Below the pieces are notes generated by a model that was not told where the DNA came from, did no database searches, and saw only the letters and a program-made list of their open reading frames with translations. From Bacilli bacterium (lineage in GTDB: Bacteria; Bacillota_I; Bacilli_A; RFN20; CAG-826): a stretch of 64,000 nucleotides of DNA. Positions 1-9,051 of this stretch are shown here, piece after piece. Position 1 is the stretch's first letter; every line of letters begins with the position of its first letter. The stretch spans positions 139,388 through 203,387 of the forward strand of contig JAFRPF010000031.1 in the NCBI GenBank assembly GCA_017429285.1, read 5' to 3'. A program made the translations under genes and the position numbers.

Positions 1-727
1 TGTGAAAAGTGTGTTTTATTTCTCCAGAAAGTAGGTCAACTTGAGATATCTTCTCTATCTCATCACCAAAGGTGTCAATTCTAATAACATTATTGTTGTC
101 CATGTTCGCTGGAATAATCTCAATAATATCTCCTCTAACTCTAAAACTACCTGGTGCGGGATCAATATTATTTCTCTTATATTGAGCATCCACTAAACGT
201 TTGAATAAAACGTTCCTATCGATCTCTTCACCAACACGAATATTGAATACTAAATTACGATATTCATCAGGATCAGTTAAACCATAAATAGAAGCTACAG
301 AAGCCACTACAATAGTGTCTCTTCTTTCTAGTACAGAATTAATGGCACTAGTTCTAAGCATTTCAATTTCATCATTCATCACTGCGTTTTTATCAATATA
401 TGTATCGCTTTTTGGAATATAAGCTTCAGGTTGATAAAAATCGAAGTTAGAAACGAAGTATTCGACACGGTTATTTGGAAATAATTCTTGAAATTCTGAA
501 TATAATTGACCTGCTAAAGTTTTATTATGCACTAAAACAAGTGTCGGTCTTTGCACTTGTTCAATAATATTAGCCATTGTAAAAGTCTTACCAGTACCAG
601 TAGCTCCTAAAAGAACTTGGAACTTTTTATTTTCTTTTACACCTTCTACTAATTTCTTAATAGCAGTGGGCTGGTCACCAGTAGGCTTAAAAGGAGAAAC
701 AATTTTAAAAGGATGAGCATTATCCAT
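1..727 (-). CDS. uvrB: UvrABC excinuclease subunit B, N-terminal portion (gene runs off the left window edge)
   Basis: Not in the ORF track because it has no stop inside the window. Reverse-strand translation from ATG 725..727 gives [84 protein letters not shown]. This is the canonical UvrB N-terminus with a Walker A motif. The start overlaps the upstream stop as TAATG. Confidence 0.9.
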   Translation of the reverse strand, partial: MDNAHPFKIVSPFKPTGDQPTAIKKLVEGVKENKKFQVLLGATGTGKTFTMANIIEQVQRPTLVLVHNKTLAGQLYSEFQELFPNNRVEYFVSNFDFYQPEAYIPKSDTYIDKNAVMNDEIEMLRTSAINSVLERRDTIVVASVASIYGLTDPDEYRNLVFNIRVGEEIDRNVLFKRLVDAQYKRNNIDPAPGSFRVRGDIIEIIPANMDNNNVIRIDTFGDEIEKISQVDLLSGEIKHTFH

Positions 728-1716
728 TATTTCTTTTTCCTCTTCTTAATCTCTTGACTAATGGTGTTTTCTTCAATATGAGCTTTAAAACCTTCACCAA
801 AAACGGCATTAGTTCTTGTAAATGTGACGAAAGCTTTTGGATCAACTTTAGAGATAAACACTCTTATCTTGTTATATTGTCTTTTATCAAAAACAATACG
901 TAAAATTGGGCGATTTTCACCACGATATCCGCCTTTTGCAGGGATAATTGTAGCGCCACGTCCCATTTCATCCTGTGCAAACTTAGATATTTCTTCCCAT
1001 TTTTCAGAGATGATATCAACTTGATAAGATGTTTGTGAACCGATGAAAATAACTTCAATAATTAATGCGGTCACAAAGGCTGATAAGATACCAGATAAAC
1101 ATGGTAATAAGAATGAATTGTCTCTTGGTAAAAGGAGGAGTAAACCAAGAACAACAATTGTTCCATCCACTAAGAAGGAAGCGATTGATTGTTTAATTTT
1201 TAAATATTTTTCAAATAGGAATGTAATTACATCTACGCCACCAGTAGAACCACCACCTACAAATGTAATGGAAACACCAGTTCCGACAAATACTCCACCA
1301 AATAATCCTGCTAGTAAATAGTTACCAGCGGTTGGTCCGTTTCCGGATGTTTTAATTAATTCACCAAAATTAGCCATTGCATTTGAAATACCAGGAACAG
1401 TAGTTAATATCCAGTTAGCTGCTGGAAAAACAATAGTGGCCACTAATGTCTTAACAGCAAAGTCTTTACCAATAAATAAAAGACCAACTAACCAAAGAAT
1501 AACAGAGGCTCCAGTAACTATAATGTTATAGATCATTGTTTTAAAGCTTGGATCGGCGAAATATCTAGCAATAATACCAATACCTGATAATCCACCTGCG
1601 TTAATATCTAGAGGTACTAAGAAAGCAATATTTCCAACAGCAACAATAATAGTTCCAATGATCACTAATATGGTTCGACAAATTAATTTGAACCAATCCA
1701 TTCTTGTTTTAGGCAT
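727..1716 (-). CDS. YitT-family integral membrane protein (DUF2179-type soluble C-terminal domain)
   Basis: 329-aa ORF. The N-terminal two thirds consist of Gly/Ile/Val-rich hydrophobic helices. A soluble tail (..[39 protein letters not shown]) fits the YitT architecture. It overlaps the prfB stop by 8 nt. Confidence 0.7.
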   Translation of the reverse strand: MPKTRMDWFKLICRTILVIIGTIIVAVGNIAFLVPLDINAGGLSGIGIIARYFADPSFKTMIYNIIVTGASVILWLVGLLFIGKDFAVKTLVATIVFPAANWILTTVPGISNAMANFGELIKTSGNGPTAGNYLLAGLFGGVFVGTGVSITFVGGGSTGGVDVITFLFEKYLKIKQSIASFLVDGTIVVLGLLLLLPRDNSFLLPCLSGILSAFVTALIIEVIFIGSQTSYQVDIISEKWEEISKFAQDEMGRGATIIPAKGGYRGENRPILRIVFDKRQYNKIRVFISKVDPKAFVTFTRTNAVFGEGFKAHIEENTISQEIKKRKKK

Positions 1717-2813
1717 GCTTTTTGGCCTCCTCTCTTAAATAGGCATATATGAATCCATCAATCGCACCGTTCATCACTGCTTCAACATCAGTTTCTTCAT
1801 AATTCGTGCGGTTATCTTTAACTAGTGTATAAGGACAGAAAACATATGATCTAATTTGACTGCCCCATTCAATATTTTTCTTTTCGCCAACGATGTCATT
1901 AATCTTCTTTTCTCTTTTTTCTAACTCTATTAAATAGAGTTTACCTTTAAGCATATTCATCGCCATCTCTTTATTCATGAGTTGGCTTCTTTCTACTTGG
2001 CAAGAGACAACAATACCTGTGGGTAAGTGAGTAATTCTCACTGCAGTTTCGACTTTGTTAACATTTTGTCCGCCTGCTCCACCACTTCGATATGTATCGA
2101 TCTTTAAATCCGAATCGTTAATTTGAATATCAATGGAATTTTCTTTAAATTCAGGAACAACATTCACCGAAGCAAATGATGTATGTCTTCTCTTATTCGC
2201 ATCGAATGGAGAAATTCTTACTAAACGATGAACGCCTTTCTCACTTTTTAATAAGCCATAAGCGTTATGACCGGATATCTTTAGTGTTACTGATTTAACA
2301 CCGGCTTCTTCACCTGGTTCAAAAGAAATTAAAGACATTTTAAATCTATGCCTCTCCGCGTATAAAACATACATGCGATAAAGCATATCCGCCCAGTCTT
2401 GAGCTTCCGTCCCTCCAGCGCCTGGATGAACTTCAATAATCGCTGGCATATCATCAAATTCACCAGAGAATAAAATCTCTAATTCAAAATCTTCCGTTTC
2501 TTTTTTTAGTTCATTAAAAGATTCTTCTATCTGTTCAATTAAAGATTCATCACCTAATTCTAATAATTCGCTTAAATCTTTTACGTTAGAATCGAGCTTA
2601 CGATATGTTTCAGTTAAGTTCTTACAATAATTGAGACGTGAAATAATCTTCAAGGCTTCACTTGAATTATTCCAAAAATCTTCTTTCTCGCTTTTTGTCT
2701 GTAGTTCAGAAATTTCTTGATCTAATTTAGCGAGGTCAAAGAGAGCACCCGAGTTGGTGGATTCTTTCACCAACCGCACAAAGTTCCTGTCTTAAAGAAA
2801 CGATGTCTTTCAT
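1709..2813 (-). CDS. prfB: Peptide chain release factor 2, expressed through a +1 programmed frameshift
   Basis: Track ORF 1709..2779 carries the RF2 body (..[16 protein letters not shown].., GGQ motif [22 protein letters not shown]). A 25-codon leader ([28 protein letters not shown] 2811..2813) ends at in-frame TGA 2736..2738 within CTT TGA C. A +1 shift joins the leader to ..[13 protein letters not shown].. of the long ORF. Confidence 0.93.
2735..2750 (-). other. RF2 autoregulatory +1 frameshift signal (GGGTG-ctct-CTT TGA C)
   Basis: The reverse strand reads CTC GGG TGC TCT CTT TGA CCT. A slippery CTT is followed by TGA C, and a Shine-Dalgarno-like GGGTG lies 4 nt upstream. This is the layout of the classical prfB recoding site. 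Confidence 0.85.
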
Positions 2814-5272
2814 TATTCTTTATCCTCGTCTTTTGCTTCGCCTACGACATCTTTTTGCTTATTTTGTGCCGTTTCTGCGGCTTTTTCAGCTTCTTCTTGG
2901 GCTTTAGCAGCTTCTTGAGCATCTTCCACTTGTTTTACAAATTTATCAATATTTACAAGGTTTAAAACAGCGTCGACAGAAGCCATTTCTAAGCATTCTC
3001 TAAACATGTCATAGCCTTCATTAACATAATCTTGTAATGGGTTGACATTCGCGTATCCACGGAGGTGAATACCTTCACGTAAACGGGCCATCGCATCGAT
3101 ATGTTTGGTCCAGTTTTGATCTAAGCAATGTAAGATTAAATCTCTTTCAATTCGATCACATAATTCAGTATTGAGTTTACTTCTTTTACGTGTGTATCTA
3201 CGTAAGATTAATTCACCTAAATCTTGACCACAGTTATCCACAAGATCATCTTCATAGGCATTTTTATTAATACTACCTTCAGGTAAGAATCTTGGTTCCA
3301 CTTGTTTAATTAATAAATCAGCGGAAATAAGTTGATCATTACTTCCTTGAGGAACTGATTTCTTCGCTAAGAACATACCTGTTTGAACAAACATTTCATC
3401 AACGATATCTTTGATATCACTACCTTCGATAATACGGTCACGCTTATCGTAAACGTTTTGTCTTTGTTTGGCTAAAACATCATCGTAATCTAATAAGCTT
3501 TTACGAGTATCGAAGTTCATGCCTTCAATTTTCTTTTGAGCACTGGTAACGGCGTTACTAACTACTTTACTTTCTAAGGCCTCATCACCAAAGTTCTTCT
3601 CAATATAGTTTCTCATCGCATCAGCGGCGAATCTCACTAATAAAGTGTCATCGAAAGAAACGTAGAATCTGGAGAAACCTGGATCACCTTGTCTACCAGA
3701 ACGTCCACGTAACTGGTTATCAATACGACGAGATTCATGTCTTTCTGTACCTAAAACACATAAACCACCTAACGCTCTTACTTCATCATCAATCTTAATA
3801 TCCGTACCACGACCTGCCATGTTAGTGGCTAAAGTAATCGCACCTTTTCTACCTGCTAAAGCAATGATTTCCGCTTCACGAGCGTGGTTCTTCGCGTTTA
3901 ACATTTCATGTGGTAAGCCAGCTTCATTTAGCAAATTTGAAATTTCTTCAGATGATTCAACTGAGACAGTACCAATTAAGATTGGTTGACCTTTCGCGTG
4001 TCTAGTTTTAACTTCTTCAATTAAAGCTTTTAATTTTGGTCCTTTATGCGCATAGATATAGTCGATCGCGTCCTCACGGATAACAGGTCTATTTGTAGGT
4101 ACACATACAACACGCATGTTATAAATCTTACGGAATTCTTCTTCTTCAGTTTTTGCAGTACCAGTCATACCTGCCATCTTCTTATAAAGACGGAAGAAGT
4201 TTTGATAAGTAATTGTCGCCATAGTAACTGTTTCTTGTTTAATGGTGACGTTTTCTTTAGCTTGAACAGCTTGATGTAAACCATCAGACCATTCTCTACC
4301 TGGAAGAACACGACCAGTAAATTGGTCGATAATTTGAACTTGTCCTTCGCCATCGACTAAATAGTCGACATCTCTTTGCATAATATAATTTGCTTTTAAA
4401 GCATTATGAATTCTATGCACTAAATCGAAATATTCAGGATCGTATAAGTTATTAATACCGAACATTCTTTCCGCTTTGGTATTACCAGCATCGGTTAAAG
4501 CCACAGTTTTTTCTTTCACATCAACAGTGAAATCAACATCCTTTTTAAGGGCTTTACAGAATCTATCAGCCACTGTGTATTGACTAGAAGAAGTTTTCAC
4601 GCCACCAGAAATAATTAATGGGGTTCTTGATTCATCGATAAGAATGGAGTCAGCTTCGTCAACGATACAGAAGTTAAGTCCTCTTAAGACACGATGCGCC
4701 ATATCGGTGGCCATGTTATCTCTTAAATAGTCGAAGCCTAATTCGGAGTTAGTGGTATATGTAATATCACATAAATATGCTGCTTTCTTTTCAGAGGTTG
4801 ATTTAGCACGAGCATTAACACCAACAGTTAAACCTAAGAATCGATAGATTTGACCCATCCATTCCGCGTCACGAGCAGATAAGTATTCGTTAACTGTAAC
4901 AACATGAACACCTTTACCCGCTAAAGCGTTTAAATATGTTGCCATGGTAGCGGTTAAGGTTTTACCTTCACCAGTTTTCATTTCAGCAACATCGCCATCA
5001 TGCATAACTAATGAACCCATAATTTGAACTTTAAATGGGAACTCTTTAATTGTTCTTTTCGCTGCTTCTCTGGCCACGGCGAAAGCTTCGTATTTAATAT
5101 CATCTAATGTTTTACCATTAGCTAATTGTTCTTTAAAGTAATCTGTTTTAGCGCGTAATTCATCATCGCTTAAAGCTTCCATTGTCTTCTCATAAGCGAT
5201 AACTTTATCCGCTTCTTTTGCGTATTTTTTAATAGCTCTTTTATCAAAAAATCCCATAATTTTCACCAACAT
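2813..5272 (-). CDS. secA: Preprotein translocase ATPase SecA
   Basis: 819-aa ORF with SecA motor motifs (MKTGEGKTLTATMATYLNAL, FCIVDEADSILIDESRTPLIISG, LATNMAGRGTDIKI). The start is either ATG 5270..5272 or ATG 5255..5257; the latter has GGTGA 5 nt upstream. The stop overlaps the prfB ATG (TAATG). Confidence 0.95.
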   Translation of the reverse strand: MLVKIMGFFDKRAIKKYAKEADKVIAYEKTMEALSDDELRAKTDYFKEQLANGKTLDDIKYEAFAVAREAAKRTIKEFPFKVQIMGSLVMHDGDVAEMKTGEGKTLTATMATYLNALAGKGVHVVTVNEYLSARDAEWMGQIYRFLGLTVGVNARAKSTSEKKAAYLCDITYTTNSELGFDYLRDNMATDMAHRVLRGLNFCIVDEADSILIDESRTPLIISGGVKTSSSQYTVADRFCKALKKDVDFTVDVKEKTVALTDAGNTKAERMFGINNLYDPEYFDLVHRIHNALKANYIMQRDVDYLVDGEGQVQIIDQFTGRVLPGREWSDGLHQAVQAKENVTIKQETVTMATITYQNFFRLYKKMAGMTGTAKTEEEEFRKIYNMRVVCVPTNRPVIREDAIDYIYAHKGPKLKALIEEVKTRHAKGQPILIGTVSVESSEEISNLLNEAGLPHEMLNAKNHAREAEIIALAGRKGAITLATNMAGRGTDIKIDDEVRALGGLCVLGTERHESRRIDNQLRGRSGRQGDPGFSRFYVSFDDTLLVRFAADAMRNYIEKNFGDEALESKVVSNAVTSAQKKIEGMNFDTRKSLLDYDDVLAKQRQNVYDKRDRIIEGSDIKDIVDEMFVQTGMFLAKKSVPQGSNDQLISADLLIKQVEPRFLPEGSINKNAYEDDLVDNCGQDLGELILRRYTRKRSKLNTELCDRIERDLILHCLDQNWTKHIDAMARLREGIHLRGYANVNPLQDYVNEGYDMFRECLEMASVDAVLNLVNIDKFVKQVEDAQEAAKAQEEAEKAAETAQNKQKDVVGEAKDEDKE

Positions 5273-5328
5273 AGCAAACCGCTATGCCTTTCTTTATATA
5301 CTGAAGAATGTTAAACATTCGCTTTTAT

Positions 5329-5358
5329 ATACTATCGTTAACCGTATTTAAGTGTCAA
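5329..5358 (-). promoter_or_regulatory. Candidate sigma-A promoter for secA (TTGACA-18-TAGTAT)
   Basis: The reverse strand has TTGACA (5353..5358), an 18-nt spacer and TAGTAT (5329..5334), about 55 nt upstream of the secA start. This is a sequence match only. Confidence 0.4.
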
Positions 5359-5375
5359 ATAGTAAATATTACTAT

Positions 5376-6053
5376 TCACTTTTTTTCATCTTTATTTAAT
5401 GTTTTAGACATTACTAGCACTTTGATTTTCTTTGGATGAAGTTCTCTGATTAATTTGATCGCCGCTTTCATCGTTGAACCAGTTGTATAAACATCATCCA
5501 CAATCAATATCTTCTTTCCTATTAATGGAGACAAATCAGTTAATTCGAGATATTTAGAAATTTCTTTTCTTTTATCGAAATTGCTCGATGCTTGCTTTAT
5601 TCCTTTTGTCTTTTTTATGAGCTTAAGTTTCGGAATTTTTAATTTAGAAAACATTTCTTCGACATGATTAAATTCTCTAATCGCATCATCGACTTCATAT
5701 GAAGGAATAGGCACCATAATATAACCCCGATAAAATAGATTTAATACATTTATGTATCTATTGAAAAATAAATTCTTAAGTTCGATATCAAAACACCCTT
5801 TAAATTGATAGAGTAAGGATTGAATTTTCTCGTCATATTCGTAGATAGATAATCCCTTACATCCTGACACATCAAACTTCTTAAATTTTGGTCTGATATT
5901 TTGATAACATTTTTTACAAAGCTCAATATCGGGATTAATAAGATTCATAAGGGAAATGTCTCTTATATCCTTAAAACACAATTTACAAATCTTCGTTGGC
6001 ACGTTTAATCTCGTCAATAGATTGTTCCATCTGTTTTGTTTTCTTATCGGCAA
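5376..6053 (-). CDS. comFC: ComF family protein (ComFC-type phosphoribosyltransferase-fold competence protein)
   Basis: 225-aa ORF with N-terminal Cys pairs (CKLC, CKKC) and a C-terminal PRPP-binding loop (ILIVDDVYTTGSTM). The track start at 6053 is TTG and overlaps comFA by 71 nt. In-frame GTG 6000..6002 is an alternative start. Confidence 0.8.
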   Translation of the reverse strand: MPIRKQNRWNNLLTRLNVPTKICKLCFKDIRDISLMNLINPDIELCKKCYQNIRPKFKKFDVSGCKGLSIYEYDEKIQSLLYQFKGCFDIELKNLFFNRYINVLNLFYRGYIMVPIPSYEVDDAIREFNHVEEMFSKLKIPKLKLIKKTKGIKQASSNFDKRKEISKYLELTDLSPLIGKKILIVDDVYTTGSTMKAAIKLIRELHPKKIKVLVMSKTLNKDEKK

Positions 6054-7125
6054 GATATATCACCTCCCCTGTTGGAGCGTCTTTCTTTCGACCCACCCTT
6101 CCTGATATTTGAATTAAAGCGGCAGATGTATAAAGAGGATGATCTGCTTTAAAGACGATGACTTGTAGATTTTTGACTGTTACTCCTCTTTCTAAAACTG
6201 CTGTTGTAATAAGTGCTTTCGTCTTGCCATTTCTAAACTTTTCTATCCTTTCATTTCTATCGACACATTTAGAGTGAACATAACTAATATCCTTAAAAAA
6301 TAAACGCATAACTGAATAGACTTGTTCACAGATATCAATCGTCGGTGTAAATACAAAAATTGGCTTATTTTCTAATAAAAAACGCAGCATTTCTCGCTTT
6401 AAATAGTAATATTTCATGATTCCACGATGTAAAGAACACGCCGGAACCGGCAAAGGAAATTTATGAAATCTCTTATTTAATCTAAGTATTGATTTTCCTT
6501 CTTTTTGAAATTCTTTAACTACATGATCCGGAGGTGTAGCGGACAACAAAATATAATGTCCTTTAATCGATCTTTTAAAGAACGCTTCTAACACCTCATT
6601 ACCTTCGTAAGGGAAGGCATCTATTTCATCAATAATTAGTAAATCGAAATAATGGTCATAACGAAATAGTTGATGTGTGGTTATACAAACTAAATCCGCT
6701 TGTAAAGAATAAACATGACCACCATAAATTGCCACCACCTTATTATTCACAAAGATGTTTTTAAATCTTAAATAAAGTTCTCTAATTACATCTCTTCTAG
6801 GAACTGCAAATCCGACTTTAAGACCATTCCTAATGCAATATGAAATAATCTCTAAGACTATTTCGGTTTTGCCTGATCCACATACCGCATGAACTAAAGA
6901 ATCTATTCCATTTTTATAATTTTCTACAAGTTGTGTTGATAGTTTCTTTTGATCGTTTGATAACTCATACGATAAAGAATAATCGGCGTTAAGTAATTGA
7001 AAATAATCTCCAGTCGCTTCTTGCCCCCTAAATGTTAAACATTTCCGACAATAGGGTTTGCCTTTTCTAATACCTATATAACGAGTATCTGAGTTGCCGC
7101 AAATAGGGCACTTAAATGGTTCTAT
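5983..7125 (-). CDS. comFA: ComFA-type DEAD-box helicase (competence DNA-uptake ATPase); 5' end unresolved
   Basis: The frame is open from 7128 down to the stop at 5983. The track ORF begins only at GTG 6748..6750. The same frame upstream encodes EPFKCPICGNSDTRYIGIRKGKPYCRKCLTF (zinc ribbon) and SLVHAVCGSGKTEIVLEII (Walker A). The downstream part has IIDEID, LSATPP and QISGRVGRK. The 5' end is provisionally placed at ATA 7123..7125 (see finding). Confidence 0.8.
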   Translation of the reverse strand: MEPFKCPICGNSDTRYIGIRKGKPYCRKCLTFRGQEATGDYFQLLNADYSLSYELSNDQKKLSTQLVENYKNGIDSLVHAVCGSGKTEIVLEIISYCIRNGLKVGFAVPRRDVIRELYLRFKNIFVNNKVVAIYGGHVYSLQADLVCITTHQLFRYDHYFDLLIIDEIDAFPYEGNEVLEAFFKRSIKGHYILLSATPPDHVVKEFQKEGKSILRLNKRFHKFPLPVPACSLHRGIMKYYYLKREMLRFLLENKPIFVFTPTIDICEQVYSVMRLFFKDISYVHSKCVDRNERIEKFRNGKTKALITTAVLERGVTVKNLQVIVFKADHPLYTSAALIQISGRVGRKKDAPTGEVIYLADKKTKQMEQSIDEIKRANEDL

Positions 7126-7368
7126 ATTTCATTGCCTCCTTTCTTTTGATTATATGATTAAATTATTAGTCCAACTAATTTGTGTCAGCAGTGTTGACAC
7201 AATTACATTGTGTCCATATGTCTCGTATAGTGATTGTTTTTAAAATTAATCCTGAAATGTCTTCTATATTTATTCATTGTTCTTGCATTTCTTAATACGT
7301 TTTGATTTAATAATTTTGTTAGTGCTATCGGTCTTGCCGATCAAAGCCCAAATTTAGTAGGTTTTACA

Positions 7369-7665
7369 CTAACTTTTTTTATTTTTTAAAAAGGTTTCAA
7401 TCTCTAACAAATCTTCTTCTGATAAATTGAATTTTTTAAGAAGTTGGCCCCTAGTTTTTATGGGGTCTTTTCTTAAATATTTTCGAACATATGATTTATC
7501 ATTTCTTTTTGGATCAGGATTTACTTTTAATTCAATATATCTATTCTTTTTTGTTGGGCTTGAAGTGATTTCCAAATTTAGCCAAGTCGTTTTATTTGAA
7601 TCGACTTCTATGCTTGGATGATTTCTTGTTTTTCTGTTTCTAAAGAATCTATATTTTTTTCTCAT
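7369..7665 (-). CDS. Hypothetical small basic protein (98 aa), orphan transcription unit
   Basis: The ORF has a good RBS (AAGAGGGAGAG 5 nt before the ATG). It sits between the rpiB terminator and a 243-nt non-coding stretch. The product is Lys/Arg-rich (MRKKYRFFRNRKTRNHPSIEV..YIELKVNPDPKRNDKSYVRKYL..). I recognise no named family. Confidence 0.5.
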   Translation of the reverse strand: MRKKYRFFRNRKTRNHPSIEVDSNKTTWLNLEITSSPTKKNRYIELKVNPDPKRNDKSYVRKYLRKDPIKTRGQLLKKFNLSEEDLLEIETFLKNKKS

Positions 7666-7710
7666 ATACTCTCCCTCTTAACTTTGTTTGCTTTTGTATT
7701 TCATGGCATA

Positions 7711-7746
7711 AATAAAAATGCCCTCTATATATTTACTAGGGGGCAT
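7711..7746 (-). terminator. Rho-independent terminator downstream of rpiB
   Basis: On the reverse strand, ATGCCCCCT (7738..7746) pairs with AGAGGGCAT (7718..7726) with one mismatch. The hairpin is followed by TTTTATT (7711..7717). Confidence 0.65.
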
Positions 7747-7770
7747 TATTCGAAATATGTTCAAAAATTT

Positions 7771-8208
7771 TTACTTTTCTAAGTCAGAAATCATATCAAC
7801 ACGAGTTTGATGTCTTCCTCCTTCAAACTCCGTTGAAAGGAATATATCCACTCGTCTAATAACATCTTCATCCGCCATAAACTTGGCACCAAAGGATATT
7901 ACGTTAGCGTTATTGTGTTGTCTCATTAATCTAGAAACTTCATCGTTATAACCAATACCACATCTCACGCCTTTAATTTTATTTGCGGCAATCGCAATAC
8001 CTTCACCAGAAGTACAAACTACAATGCCAAAATCGCATTCTTTAGAAGCAACTTTTCTACCTACTTCCGCTCCAAATAATGGATAGTGACAAGAATCATG
8101 AGAATTAGTTCCAACATCCACTACCTCATAACCTTTTGATTTTAAGTGAGCGATGATTTTATCTTTTTGATCAACACCACCGTGATCTGATCCAATTGCA
8201 ATTTTCAT
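7771..8208 (-). CDS. rpiB: Ribose-5-phosphate isomerase B (RpiB/LacA/LacB family)
   Basis: 145-aa ORF with the family N-terminus MKIAIGSDHGGVDQKDKII.HLK..GYEV.D.G and the catalytic-Cys region VVCTSGEGIAIAANK. Confidence 0.9.
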   Translation of the reverse strand: MKIAIGSDHGGVDQKDKIIAHLKSKGYEVVDVGTNSHDSCHYPLFGAEVGRKVASKECDFGIVVCTSGEGIAIAANKIKGVRCGIGYNDEVSRLMRQHNNANVISFGAKFMADEDVIRRVDIFLSTEFEGGRHQTRVDMISDLEK

Positions 8209-8223
8209 ATAGTTGTTCTCCTA

Positions 8224-9051
8224 TTACTTTATTATATAAAGAAATCTTAATTTGTTATATATATCTTTATGGAAACGATATGTACACCCATCTAGATATT
8301 TATTCATTAAATTAATTAATGGTTTTTCCATATTATCCTCTATTTCAAACGCCATTAAATAGTGTTCATTCATAATTTTATTGGCTTTTTTAAATATCTC
8401 TTCGTAATATTTTGTGCCTGGTTTAGCTAGTAACGCTAAATGAGGTTCATATTTATATACTTGTTCATCAATTCTGGTTTCATCTTCAATATATGGAGGA
8501 TTACAAACTAAAACATCTAACTTAATACCTTTATCGATAATAGGATCCACGAGATTGCCTTCTAATAAAGTCACATCCTTAACATTTGTCTTAGCTACTT
8601 CAAGGGCATCTATAGAAATATCGGTCGCGTAAACAATGGCGTCTTTTATCTCTTCTTTAATGGCACGCGCTATCGCGCCACTGCCTGTACATATATCAGC
8701 GACAACAGGTTTATCGCCTTCTTTAAAATATTTCTTCATAAAGACAATAACATCAACAACAAGGTTTTCGGTTTCTTGTCTTGGAATTAAAACTTCTTTA
8801 TTAACGTTAATTTTATGACCTAGAAAATATGAATACCCTAAAACATATTGATAAGGAATCCCCTTTTTAACATCGGCCACATTGTTATAAAATCTTTCAA
8901 CATCTTTAACCTCTCTATCGAAATTGGAATAAAGATTCATTGAATCAGAAAAATCACTTGCATCCATCAATAAAGATACAATGACACTTCTAGGTAAATA
9001 TTTATTATTTTCCTTTTTTAATAAGAAATATAATTCTCGATTAGTAGGCAT
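8224..9051 (-). CDS. prmC: Release factor glutamine N5-methyltransferase (PrmC/HemK)
   Basis: 275-aa ORF with a SAM-binding motif (VADICTGSGAIA) and NPPY (VCNPPYI). It lies directly downstream of prfA with a TAATG junction, which is the conserved prfA-prmC arrangement. Confidence 0.87.
   Translation of the reverse strand: MPTNRELYFLLKKENNKYLPRSVIVSLLMDASDFSDSMNLYSNFDREVKDVERFYNNVADVKKGIPYQYVLGYSYFLGHKINVNKEVLIPRQETENLVVDVIVFMKKYFKEGDKPVVADICTGSGAIARAIKEEIKDAIVYATDISIDALEVAKTNVKDVTLLEGNLVDPIIDKGIKLDVLVCNPPYIEDETRIDEQVYKYEPHLALLAKPGTKYYEEIFKKANKIMNEHYLMAFEIEDNMEKPLINLMNKYLDGCTYRFHKDIYNKLRFLYIIK

Noticed and set aside
2736-2738. Possibility that the organism uses genetic code 4 (TGA = Trp), given the Mollicute-like gene content.
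   Set aside because: All large housekeeping ORFs are intact under the standard code and Trp is encoded by TGG. TGA is the regulatory stop in the prfB frameshift site and terminates comFC (5376..5378).
7218-7295. 25-codon + strand ORF (MSRIVIVFKINPEMSSIFIHCSCIS) downstream of a TTGACA box at 7194..7199 in the comFA upstream spacer.
   Set aside because: There is no RBS. The ATG overlaps the putative -10 element, the composition is hydrophobic and low-complexity, and no downstream + strand gene would justify a promoter here.
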